A stretch of DNA of 64,000 bases from a virus, in IMG/VR virus record IMGVR_UViG_3300005613_002762, positions 32,001 to 96,000 of that record; one strand, 5' to 3'. The notes under the pieces are model-generated. The model was not told the origin of the DNA. It did no database searches and worked only from the letters and a program-made list of their open reading frames with translations. Below, in pieces: positions 47,662 to 57,058 of the stretch (its first letter is position 1; each line of letters starts with the position of its first letter). A program made the position numbers and the translations under genes.

Positions 47662-48425
47662 TTTTATCTGAAAAAATAATCAATTGGTTGGCAAGTTATT
47701 TGGATGAAAACAACTTGTCTTGTTTTGTGGTAGGTATAAGTGGAGGAATTGATTCCGCAGTTGTATCTACATTATGTTCTTTGACAGGTAAAAAAACGAT
47801 TGTTGTCACATTACCAATACATCAGAACGAAAACCAATACAAATTAGCAAAAAAACATATTGATTGGTTGAGATTGAATTTTTCGAATGTGAGTTCTTTA
47901 GATATTGATTTAACCAATCTTTTTGAAAATTACAAGAAAATTTTTCCAGGGTCAGATGATTTGTCTCTAGCAAATACTAGATCGAGATTACGAATGACGA
48001 CTCTTTATCAAATAGCATCTATGAACAATAACAGAGGAATTGTTGTCGGCACTGGAAATAAAATTGAAGATTTTGGTATTGGGTTTTTTACAAAATATGG
48101 TGACGGTGGGGTTGATATTTCTCCAATTGGAGATCTAAATAAAAGTGAAGTAAGATCATTAGGAAAACAATTAGGTGTTATCGAAGAAATAATTTTGGCT
48201 AAACCAACTGATGGGTTGTGGGACGACAATAGAAATGATGAGGATCAAATAGGCGCAACTTATGAAGAATTAGAAAAAATTATGGATATGTTATCCTTAC
48301 ATTCAGAAAGTTATTTATATCAAAACTTAAAAGGAAGGGATCGAGAAGTTTTAATAACTTATTTAGATTTTCATAAAAAAAATAAACACAAAATGATAAA
48401 TATACCTGTATTCAAAAACAACTAA
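47658..48425 (+). CDS. nadE: NH3-dependent NAD+ synthetase
   Basis: VGISGGIDSAV, NTRSRLRM, GTGNKIE, FFTKYGDGGVDISPI, PTDGLW, DEDQIG. Confidence 0.95.
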   Translation: MILSEKIINWLASYLDENNLSCFVVGISGGIDSAVVSTLCSLTGKKTIVVTLPIHQNENQYKLAKKHIDWLRLNFSNVSSLDIDLTNLFENYKKIFPGSDDLSLANTRSRLRMTTLYQIASMNNNRGIVVGTGNKIEDFGIGFFTKYGDGGVDISPIGDLNKSEVRSLGKQLGVIEEIILAKPTDGLWDDNRNDEDQIGATYEELEKIMDMLSLHSESYLYQNLKGRDREVLITYLDFHKKNKHKMINIPVFKNN

Positions 48426-48426
48426 T

Positions 48427-49266
48427 ATGAAAGGGATTACAAATTTACAAATATTAAACCACAGAGAAGGAAGATTCGGTAACCAACTATTTAGGATAGC
48501 AACCTTGATTGGTCAATCTTTGGACAAAAATATAGATTATTTCATTCCTAAAGAATGGGAACATTGTGAATTATTCACAAACCTAAAAAATACTTTTTTA
48601 TCTGAAGATATAAAAAAAAATATAAATAAAAAACATCAGGAATCTAAGTTCGGATACCACGATATTGAAACTTCAGACAAGGTTACTGAAATTGTCGGTT
48701 ATTTTCAATCACATAGATTCTTTTCAAACCACGAATCGACCATAAAACACGATTTAGAACTCAATCAAGAATTGGTTGACAAAGTTAAAAAAAAGTTAAA
48801 TCCAAAAACTATTAAAGTTTGTATCCACATTAGATGGGGAGATCCATATGATAGAAACGTTGGGGGAGGACATAAAGGTGTTGAAAATCGACATCCCGTA
48901 ATGACTCTTAATTATTATGAAAAATCTTTGGAGTATATTTTGAACAACAGAAAAATTGATGAACTTTTGATCTTTACTGATAACGTTGATTCGAAGGACT
49001 TCATAAATAAAAAATTTGACAAATTCGAAGTTCCGATAGTTTATTTTGATTATAGCGATGATTATGTTTCCGATTTTATTGCACAATCCTTATGTGATCA
49101 TTTTATTATTGCAAATAGCACTTTTTCTTGGTGGTCGTCCTATCTGTCAAATAAAACAGACAAAATTGTTTGTTGCCCACAACCAAACGAGTGGTTTGGT
49201 CCTGAATATCGCCATTTCGACACATCAACCCTACTACCAAAAGATTGGATAAACATCAATCAGTAA
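48427..49266 (+). CDS. GT11 alpha-1,2-fucosyltransferase-like protein
   Basis: GRFGNQLF, GYFQS, HIRWGD, IIANSTFSWW. Confidence 0.9.
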   Translation: MKGITNLQILNHREGRFGNQLFRIATLIGQSLDKNIDYFIPKEWEHCELFTNLKNTFLSEDIKKNINKKHQESKFGYHDIETSDKVTEIVGYFQSHRFFSNHESTIKHDLELNQELVDKVKKKLNPKTIKVCIHIRWGDPYDRNVGGGHKGVENRHPVMTLNYYEKSLEYILNNRKIDELLIFTDNVDSKDFINKKFDKFEVPIVYFDYSDDYVSDFIAQSLCDHFIIANSTFSWWSSYLSNKTDKIVCCPQPNEWFGPEYRHFDTSTLLPKDWININQ

Positions 49267-49272
49267 AAAAAT

Positions 49273-50205
49273 ATGTATGATTTAAATTTCATCGAGTTTA
49301 TAGAAAAAAACAATTTAGATTTTTTAAGTGGATCCGCAATTAAACACATTTTAGACTCAAAAAAAAATGATGAGGCTGATGAAATCAGAAGCGCAATTTC
49401 AATTTTAGAAAAAAAATTAGTTTATTTAGATAAAAATAGAATAAATTCTTCTGTTAATAACAAATACACTGAAAATCCGAAAATTTTATTAAAAAATATT
49501 GAATTTTATTTTATAAATTTAGATAAAAGGACTGATAGATTATCTCATGTCAAAAAAGAATTGTCAAAAATAAATTTGAGCGCCCAAAAATATAAAGCAA
49601 TTGATACTTTAGATGGATGCACAATCAATTTTGGAAAGGATTTTACCGAGGGTCAAAAAAAATGTTATTTATCTCATTATTCCTTAATCAAAAATTATAA
49701 CGTTAATAGTGATAAAATTTTAGGTATTTTTGAGGATGATGTCATTTTCTGTCAAGATTTTTTAGAAAGATTTAACTATGTTGAAAAATACTTTGACTTA
49801 GATTGGGATGTGTTTTATCTTTCATCTTTTTATCACTTAAATGATGACGAGAAAAGATGGAACAAAACTGGAGATTATGAAAAAACAAATGTAAAATACA
49901 TTCACAGAGTATATGGTTCTTTTTGTTGTCATTCTTATTTAATTAACCCAAGATCAATTCCAAAAATATTAAAATTATTAGACGAGGTTATTGACCAATC
50001 TAGAGCTATTGACCACTCATTTATTTTAATTCAACCTAAATTGAACTGTTTTTCATTCACACCTGGTATGACTAATCAGATAACAAACACAAGTGATACT
50101 GACGGAGGACTCCGTGATCAAACTCATTTTTTAAACATCCTTGGTCAACATTATTACATAAACAATCTTTCAGAGTTTGATTACGATGAATATTTTAAAA
50201 ATTAA
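49273..50205 (+). CDS. GT25 glycosyltransferase
   Basis: INLDKRTDR, CYLSH, IFEDDV, WDVFYL. Confidence 0.88.
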   Translation: MYDLNFIEFIEKNNLDFLSGSAIKHILDSKKNDEADEIRSAISILEKKLVYLDKNRINSSVNNKYTENPKILLKNIEFYFINLDKRTDRLSHVKKELSKINLSAQKYKAIDTLDGCTINFGKDFTEGQKKCYLSHYSLIKNYNVNSDKILGIFEDDVIFCQDFLERFNYVEKYFDLDWDVFYLSSFYHLNDDEKRWNKTGDYEKTNVKYIHRVYGSFCCHSYLINPRSIPKILKLLDEVIDQSRAIDHSFILIQPKLNCFSFTPGMTNQITNTSDTDGGLRDQTHFLNILGQHYYINNLSEFDYDEYFKN

Positions 50206-50215
50206 AAATTACACT

Positions 50216-50947
50216 ATGAACATTTCCAATAAAGTTAACAATTATATTTTTAGAAATAACGAACAAAAATACATAATAAAAAATTTTGATTACTTTAGCA
50301 CTGAATATAGAATTGACTCAAATGTTGTCCTAAATGAGTTACCCGATTATTCAATAATGATTGATCTCGTAAAAAAAATAGATAAAAGTAAAATAATTAT
50401 CGACATTGGTGCCAATTGCGGACTATTTTGTGTCCCAATTTCTTTGTCAGGTTATAAAACATATGCTTTTGAACCTATATCTTTGAATCTCGACTTACTA
50501 AAGTTGAATAAATCGGAAAATGATTGTGAAAAATTAGAAATAATAGATGTTGCATTGATGGATTTTAATGGTGTTAAAGACATTTATATACCCTATTGTC
50601 CTGACAATACCTCATTTAATAAATCAGTAGCAATATCTAACATGACAAAAAAAGATTTTGTTGTTGAAAACGTAAAATGTAAAACCTTCGACAGTTGGGT
50701 TTTAGAAAATGAAATTACAGATGTTGGTTTTATTAAAATTGACGTTCAGGGATTCGAATACAACGTTATCAAGGGTATGGGTGACTTCTTGGAGAACTCA
50801 AAAGATATATCTGTTTTATTAGAATGGGATGAAAAACACACTAGTAGTGCGGGTTACTCACTTGAAGAAATTTACAATTTTTTGACGGAAAAAGGGTTCA
50901 AAAATACATACTCTTTTTCGAACGATAAACTTTTTTATAAAGAATAA
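50216..50947 (+). CDS. FkbM-family methyltransferase
   Basis: IDIGANCG, YAFEP, IKIDVQGFE. ATG 50216 is the likely start. Confidence 0.9.
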   Translation: MNISNKVNNYIFRNNEQKYIIKNFDYFSTEYRIDSNVVLNELPDYSIMIDLVKKIDKSKIIIDIGANCGLFCVPISLSGYKTYAFEPISLNLDLLKLNKSENDCEKLEIIDVALMDFNGVKDIYIPYCPDNTSFNKSVAISNMTKKDFVVENVKCKTFDSWVLENEITDVGFIKIDVQGFEYNVIKGMGDFLENSKDISVLLEWDEKHTSSAGYSLEEIYNFLTEKGFKNTYSFSNDKLFYKE

Positions 50948-51984
50948 TGAATAAAAAAATTTTAGTATTAGGTGGTGGTGGTTTTATTGGAGGTCACTTG
51001 TCTAAACGATTATTTAAGGAAGGTAATTACGTTAGAGTTGTCGATATTAAACCAAAACATGAATATTTTGAAACTGAAGAGTTTTGTAGTGAATATATTT
51101 GTGGAGATTTGAGAGACGCTCAAATTGTGTCAAAAATTATGTTTGCCCCAAATCAAATATCAATTGACGATAAACAAACATCTTTTGATGAGGTTTATCA
51201 ACTAGCGGCAGACATGGGAGGTGCTGGATATATATTTACAGGTGAAAATGATGCGAATGTGATGCATAATTCAGCTTTAGTTAATTTGAATGTTGCGTAT
51301 TACGCATCAAAATTCAGTGTCAAAAAAATATTTTATTCGTCTTCTGCTTGTATGTATCCCGAACATAATCAACTAGACCCTGAAAACCCTAACTGTGAAG
51401 AATCATCAGCATATCCTGCAAATCCAGATTCGGAATACGGATGGGAAAAATTATTTAGTGAAAGATTATTCTTTGCGTTTGGTAGAAATTATAGATTAAA
51501 TATTAGAGTTGCAAGATTCCATAACATTTTTGGTCCTTATGGGACTTGGGATGGTGGGAAAGAAAAGGCACCTGCGGCGATGTGTCGTAAAGCGGCAGAA
51601 ACTCCCGATGGTGGTGAAATTGAAGTTTGGGGTGATGGTAAACAAACAAGATCATTTTTATATGTTGATGAATGTATTGAGGCGGTTTTAAAATTAATGG
51701 ATAGTGACTTTATTGGTCCTGTTAATATTGGATCTGAAGAAATGGTAACAATAAACGAACTGGCTCAAATGGCAATCGATATTTCACAGAAAAATATCAA
51801 TATCAATAATATTGACGGAAAGAATTTTTATGATAAATATGGGTTCAAATGTCCAGTTGGTGTTAGAGGTAGAACTTCTGATAATAAATTATATAATGAA
51901 AAAGTTGGTTGGGTCGTTTCCGAACCACTCAGAATAGGAATGGAAAAAACCTTCCAATGGATAAGTAAACAAGTAAATGGATAA
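50947..51984 (+). CDS. NAD-dependent epimerase, GDP-mannose 3',5'-epimerase-like
   Basis: GGGGFIG, LAADMGG, SSSACMYP, YGWEK, RFHNIFGP.GTW.GG.EKAPAA.CRK. Confidence 0.88.
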   Translation: MNKKILVLGGGGFIGGHLSKRLFKEGNYVRVVDIKPKHEYFETEEFCSEYICGDLRDAQIVSKIMFAPNQISIDDKQTSFDEVYQLAADMGGAGYIFTGENDANVMHNSALVNLNVAYYASKFSVKKIFYSSSACMYPEHNQLDPENPNCEESSAYPANPDSEYGWEKLFSERLFFAFGRNYRLNIRVARFHNIFGPYGTWDGGKEKAPAAMCRKAAETPDGGEIEVWGDGKQTRSFLYVDECIEAVLKLMDSDFIGPVNIGSEEMVTINELAQMAIDISQKNININNIDGKNFYDKYGFKCPVGVRGRTSDNKLYNEKVGWVVSEPLRIGMEKTFQWISKQVNG

Positions 51985-52423
51985 ACAAAATAGAGTTATC
52001 GGAATAACTTGTTCTACATTTGATCTTCTTCATGCGGGGCATATAATAATGTTAGAAGAATGTAAAAAGTATTGTGACTACCTAATATGTGCACTTCAAG
52101 TTGACCCGTCAATCGATCGACCTGAAAAAAACAAACCCATACAATCTTTAGTTGAAAGATACATTCAATTAAATGCCGTTCAATACGTAGATAAGATTAT
52201 TCCATACACTACCGAAGAAGAGTTGATAACTATATTTTCTTCATTAGATTTAGATGTAAGAATCATTGGTGAAGAATATAAAGACACTGAATTTACGGCT
52301 AAAAATATTTGTCAAAAACGAGGTATAAAATTAGTATACAATAAACGAGATCATGACTTTTCAACCACAAATTTAAGAGAAAGAATTTACAACCAAGAAT
52401 CAAATAAACGTTTTTTAAAATAA
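51977..52423 (+). CDS. tagD: Glycerol-3-phosphate cytidylyltransferase-like (HIGH) nucleotidyltransferase
   Basis: TFDLLHAGH, YVDKIIPY, RDHDFSTT. Confidence 0.8.
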   Translation: MDKQNRVIGITCSTFDLLHAGHIIMLEECKKYCDYLICALQVDPSIDRPEKNKPIQSLVERYIQLNAVQYVDKIIPYTTEEELITIFSSLDLDVRIIGEEYKDTEFTAKNICQKRGIKLVYNKRDHDFSTTNLRERIYNQESNKRFLK

Positions 52424-52426
52424 TAC

Positions 52427-53158
52427 ATGGTAAGAAGAAAAACAAACACACCAACCGAGGAAATTAAAACCCCACAATCAAAAAAAGATTTTATAAACTC
52501 GGTAATAAAGAAAAAACAGAGGAGTAAATTTCTTACTGAAAATCAAAGAGAATATTATAATAAATTAATTTCAAACCAAATTACAATATGTTCAGGACCC
52601 GCAGGTGTTGGTAAGAGTTATATTGCAATGAAAGCGGCTGTTGATTTACTAATGGAACCTGATAATGGTTATGAGAAAATTATTATCGTAAGACCAGCAG
52701 TCGAAGCCGAAGAAAAATTAGGATCATTACCAGGAAATTTAGAAGAAAAGTTAGACCCTTACATTTTTCCATCTTATTATCTTTTAAATAAAATTATTGG
52801 AAAAGACGCAAGGGAAAAACTAAAAGAAGCTGAAATTATTGAGGTGTTTGCTTTGGCATATATGAGAGGAATGAATATTGATAATTCAATACTAATTTTT
52901 GAGGAAGCTCAAAACTCGACTCCAAACCAAATGAAACTTCTTTTAACCAGAATTGGATTTTCAAGTAAATTCTTTATATCAGGAGACTTGGAACAAACTG
53001 ATAGATATAAGGATAAAAAACAATCAGGTCTTTACGATGCGATAACAAGGTTTAATTTTATTAGTGATATTGGGACTTTTGAATTCAACGATAAAGATGT
53101 TGTAAGAAATCCATTAATTTCAAAAATACTTCAAAAATATGACGAGAATCGCGATTGA
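52427..53158 (+). CDS. phoH: PhoH-like ATPase
   Basis: GPAGVGKS, RPAVEA.EKLGSLPG, YMRG, EEAQN, GDLEQTD, VVRNPLI. Confidence 0.95.
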   Translation: MVRRKTNTPTEEIKTPQSKKDFINSVIKKKQRSKFLTENQREYYNKLISNQITICSGPAGVGKSYIAMKAAVDLLMEPDNGYEKIIIVRPAVEAEEKLGSLPGNLEEKLDPYIFPSYYLLNKIIGKDAREKLKEAEIIEVFALAYMRGMNIDNSILIFEEAQNSTPNQMKLLLTRIGFSSKFFISGDLEQTDRYKDKKQSGLYDAITRFNFISDIGTFEFNDKDVVRNPLISKILQKYDENRD

Positions 53159-53804
53159 TATTAACGGTGTTCTAAGAGATACTATTGGTAAGTTTGATCA
53201 ATTATATGAGAAACATTTAATTGAAAAAAATGAAGATCAATTTTTAGGTCAAACTTATGAACTTGATATGTCAGGTAATACCGAAATTATTGAAACCTCA
53301 GAAGATAACTTTAAGTATGAAAAATTATCTGATGTTACCACTCTTAATTTAAACGATCATTATACATTTAAGAGTTCAGAAGAACTTTTTAATTTTATGT
53401 TTGAAGAATATGCTATGGAATTATTTGGTCACGCTCCGTCCACCGAAATGACAACATTTAATATGTTAAATGACTTGTATTTTGATTTAAGAGATGATAA
53501 CGAACTTTTAGTAGTGTCTCGAGAGATTGGTAAATCAAAACCATCATCACTATTTTTTCTATCTAAATTCGGATGTCTTTTAGAAAAAGTTGTATTTTTT
53601 AGTGATATCACAACTAATGATATGTGGAATCAAGTAGATATTTTACTTACCGCAGATCCTATGTTATTATTAGATAAACCAACAAACAAAATTGTTGTAA
53701 AATTTAACACATCCTACAATAAACAAATTTCGTCTGAATATGAGGTATCATCTTTATCTGAGTTTGGCGAAATACTAAAAAAATTAAAAGAAAATGTTAT
53801 TTAA
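53139..53804 (+). CDS. HAD-like 5'(3')-nucleotidase family protein (possibly degenerate)
   Basis: RIAIDINGVLRD motif I variant; YNK near C-terminus. Confidence 0.6.
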   Translation: MTRIAIDINGVLRDTIGKFDQLYEKHLIEKNEDQFLGQTYELDMSGNTEIIETSEDNFKYEKLSDVTTLNLNDHYTFKSSEELFNFMFEEYAMELFGHAPSTEMTTFNMLNDLYFDLRDDNELLVVSREIGKSKPSSLFFLSKFGCLLEKVVFFSDITTNDMWNQVDILLTADPMLLLDKPTNKIVVKFNTSYNKQISSEYEVSSLSEFGEILKKLKENVI

Positions 53805-54051
53805 TATATTTGGTGAAAATTATTACATAGATATCGACAAAGTAGAAAAAGAAGTCGAGATGGCAAATTTAAGTGGAGAATCACAAATTCATTTAGTCAA
53901 ATACGAATTAATTAAAACTATGATTGAGGTTTTGATAACAGAATCAGAACCAGTTGATGAAAAAATGGGACCAACTAATAGTGAATTAACTATTCCCTTT
54001 AAAATATCATTTAATAGTTTAGTAATGAAAAACATAATAAATAAAATATAA
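53794..54051 (+). CDS. Hypothetical protein (85 aa)
   Basis: Operonic ORF. Confidence 0.6.
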   Translation: MLFNIFGENYYIDIDKVEKEVEMANLSGESQIHLVKYELIKTMIEVLITESEPVDEKMGPTNSELTIPFKISFNSLVMKNIINKI

Positions 54052-54057
54052 TACAAT

Positions 54058-55116
54058 ATGAGCAACGACAATTTTGAAAAGTTAGAAAACTCCATAAATA
54101 GAATGAAAGAAAAACTTTCACGAATCTATTTTATGGTTCAAGACACTAAAGGGAATGCGAAAGCATCGGTTCGTTATATCTACCAAATGGCTTTGACATT
54201 AAAAAGAAATGGATATAACTCAATAATTCTACACGAAAAACCTGAATACTTTGGTGTATCATCTTGGTTAGGTGAAGAGTATATGACAGAACTTGATCAC
54301 AGAGCAATCGAAGGAACGAGTTTGGAAATTTCTCCTGATGATTTAATTATCATTCCTGAAATCTACGGATTTATCATGGATCAAATTACAAAACTTCCTT
54401 GTGGAAAAATTGTTTTAAGTCAGGCATTTGATCACATATTTGAAACTTTACAACCAGGACAATCTTGGTCACAATTAGGTTTTTATAAGTGTATTACAAC
54501 ATCTGAAAAACAAAAAGAATTAATTGAATCTGTTATGAGAAATATTAGTGTTGATGTTGTTGAACCTTACATTTCTGAAAACTTTCAAAAAAATGAGTTC
54601 CCACCAAAAACAATCATTAATATTCACACAAGAGATCAAAGAGACACAGCAAACTTAATTAAAAGTTTCTATGTTAAATTTCCACAATATAGATGGATTA
54701 CTTTTAGAGATTTAAGAGGTCTTAGTGAATCTGAGTTTTCTGAAGCAATGAAAGACAGTTTTATTTCTGTTTGGATTGATCAAACAAGTTCATATGGAAC
54801 TTTTCCTTTAGAATCAATGAAGATGGGTATTCCAGTGTTAGGTTTAGTTCCTGACATTGTTCCTTCTTGGATGAATGAAAATAACGGTTTATGGGTTAAT
54901 AATAAAACGATTATTGTAGATGTATTAGCAGACTTCATTCAAAATTGGTTGGAGGATAATTTAAATCCTGAACTTTTTGATCAAATGGAAAATACACTTG
55001 GTAATATTAGCACAAAAGAAAGTTTCGAGAATAACACATTATCACTATTCTCAAACATTTTTGAAAAACGAATCACTTCTTTTGAAGATCAACTTTCTAA
55101 ATTTGAAACAATATAA
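54058..55116 (+). CDS. GT-B-fold putative glycosyltransferase
   Basis: DLIIIPEI; SSYGTFPLESMKMGIPVLG resembles the GT4 C-terminal motif. Confidence 0.65.
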   Translation: MSNDNFEKLENSINRMKEKLSRIYFMVQDTKGNAKASVRYIYQMALTLKRNGYNSIILHEKPEYFGVSSWLGEEYMTELDHRAIEGTSLEISPDDLIIIPEIYGFIMDQITKLPCGKIVLSQAFDHIFETLQPGQSWSQLGFYKCITTSEKQKELIESVMRNISVDVVEPYISENFQKNEFPPKTIINIHTRDQRDTANLIKSFYVKFPQYRWITFRDLRGLSESEFSEAMKDSFISVWIDQTSSYGTFPLESMKMGIPVLGLVPDIVPSWMNENNGLWVNNKTIIVDVLADFIQNWLEDNLNPELFDQMENTLGNISTKESFENNTLSLFSNIFEKRITSFEDQLSKFETI

Positions 55117-55118
55117 TT

Positions 55119-55925
55119 ATGAATACAGAACAAAAAATTTCAGTAATTTTACCGATTAAATCGGCAAAAGCAATCGGATTTGAAGACTTTTTTGATAAGT
55201 CAATTCAGTCCGTAAAAAATCAAAAAGATCACTTGAACGAATTAATAATTGTTCACGGCAATGAAGAACTATTAATCAATCACTTAACATCATATGATTT
55301 TGGTGATTTAAATGTGGTTTTAGAAAATTGGACTCAGGAACCTAACTTCGCAAAACAAGTCAATCACGGAGTATCAATTTCAAATTCTAATTGGTGTTCA
55401 ATTTTAGAGTTTGATGATGAGTATTCAAATATTTGGTTCAAAAACGCAACAAAATATATGGGAATCTATAAAAATGTTGAGGTATTTTTACCGATCGTTG
55501 TTGATATTGATGATAAAATGGTATTTGCTGGTTTCACAAATGAAGCAACATTTGCACAAAATATTTCTTCTGAAATGGGTATTTTAACAAATGAAACCTT
55601 ACAAAATTTTCAAAACTTTCAAATTTCAGGAATGGTTTTCCAAAAAGAAAAATTCTTAGAAGTTGGTGGTATTAAATCAAATCTTAAATTAACTTTTGGT
55701 TATGAATTATTTTTAAGATTGACACATAACTCGGCAAGAATTATGACAATTCCAAGAATCGGATACAAACATATGAATCTTAGAGAAGGATCTATTTTTT
55801 GGAATTACAAAAATGGTGAAAATAGATTAACTCAAGACGAAGCGAGATTTTGGATCGAAACTGCAAAAAAAGAATATTTTTTCAACTCTGAAAGAGATAT
55901 ACAGTATGAATCACAAGAAGTTTAA
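55119..55925 (+). CDS. GT2-like glycosyltransferase
   Basis: ISVILPI, VNHGV, ILEFDDEY, VGG, ELFLRL. Confidence 0.75.
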   Translation: MNTEQKISVILPIKSAKAIGFEDFFDKSIQSVKNQKDHLNELIIVHGNEELLINHLTSYDFGDLNVVLENWTQEPNFAKQVNHGVSISNSNWCSILEFDDEYSNIWFKNATKYMGIYKNVEVFLPIVVDIDDKMVFAGFTNEATFAQNISSEMGILTNETLQNFQNFQISGMVFQKEKFLEVGGIKSNLKLTFGYELFLRLTHNSARIMTIPRIGYKHMNLREGSIFWNYKNGENRLTQDEARFWIETAKKEYFFNSERDIQYESQEV

Positions 55926-56668
55926 TGTCAGAAATCCAAACGGAAATATCGAACGAAAAGAAAAAGAAAGGAAGAAAACCGAGCACATTAAATTACTTCG
56001 CAGAAAGAGAAGAAAAAGCTGTTAGAGATTTTTTAACAGCGGAGACTTTTGAAGAACGAAATAAGATTTATAATGAATTCTTAAAAGATCCTTTAGATAA
56101 AATGATATCATCTATAATTAGAAGATATAAATTATATAGAAAAGACATGAACTACGAAGAAATTCATGTTGATACACATTCATTTCTTATGACCAAAATA
56201 GAAAAGTTTAAGCCTTCAAAAGAGAAGAAGGCTTATTCTTATCTTGGGACAATTTGTAAAAATTATCTGATGGGACAAATTATGAAGGACCAAAAAGAAA
56301 TGAATAGAAAAATTCCTTACGAAGATATATCTTCAGATTTAACCAACAGACCTGAAATGTCATATGTTATTGATAATGATGATCTTAGTTCGGAATATGT
56401 TATTAAAAAATTTCTTGATAAATTAAAAAATGAACTAAATAATGATGATTGTAGCGATCAAGAATTTAAATTAGGATCGGCAATCTACGACTTATTTGAA
56501 AATTATGGAACTATATTTCCAGACACAAATAACAATAAATTTAACAAAAATATTATTTTATTTGAGTTAAGAGAAATGACAAATTTGTCCACCAAAGAAA
56601 TCAGAAATTCTATAAAAAAGTATAAAAAACTATATTTTGATTTAGTTCAAGATTTACTCAAAAGTTAA
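55925..56668 (+). CDS. Sigma-factor-like protein (candidate late sigma, gp55-analogous)
   Basis: KIEKFKPSKEKKAYSYLGTICKNYL resembles sigma region 2 (gp55 F.P....NPFAYFT); C-terminal HTH-like LREMTNLSTKEIR. Confidence 0.55.
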   Translation: MSEIQTEISNEKKKKGRKPSTLNYFAEREEKAVRDFLTAETFEERNKIYNEFLKDPLDKMISSIIRRYKLYRKDMNYEEIHVDTHSFLMTKIEKFKPSKEKKAYSYLGTICKNYLMGQIMKDQKEMNRKIPYEDISSDLTNRPEMSYVIDNDDLSSEYVIKKFLDKLKNELNNDDCSDQEFKLGSAIYDLFENYGTIFPDTNNNKFNKNIILFELREMTNLSTKEIRNSIKKYKKLYFDLVQDLLKS

Positions 56669-56680
56669 TATTTATTTATT

Positions 56681-57052
56681 ATGCCAAGACCACCAAAAAA
56701 AGAGATTAATTTAAGCAAAGAGTCAATGTTATCATTGATGCAAGAAATATACAATGAACTTGTAGAACAAAGAAATACCGCAATTAGAATTCAAAATAAA
56801 ATGTTAACTATGATGAAAGAACCTGAAGATATGACTCTGATTGGTCCTGTAATCGAAAAACAACAAAAAATAATTAATGACTGTGTGGATAAGAAATTAA
56901 CTCTTTCTAAACTTCAAGCACAAATGTGGCAAAAAAATACGGAAAAAGAAGAAGATTTCACACTTTCTGATTTAGATATTGATGATGAAACTTTTCAAAA
57001 TTTACTAAAAAAAGATATGAACAAAGATGAGTCATATAAAATGAAAAAATAA
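56681..57052 (+). CDS. Hypothetical helical protein (123 aa)
   Basis: Coiled-coil-like ORF with TATTTAT upstream. Confidence 0.65.
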   Translation: MPRPPKKEINLSKESMLSLMQEIYNELVEQRNTAIRIQNKMLTMMKEPEDMTLIGPVIEKQQKIINDCVDKKLTLSKLQAQMWQKNTEKEEDFTLSDLDIDDETFQNLLKKDMNKDESYKMKK

Positions 57053-57058
57053 TAAATT

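Noticed and set aside
41266-55925. GT cluster as a DNA hypermodification system
   Set aside because: No hydroxymethylase, thymidylate-synthase-like or TET/JBP gene in the window, and GT11/GT25/GT2 imply oligosaccharides. Not excluded for the GT-B genes near dut and phoH.
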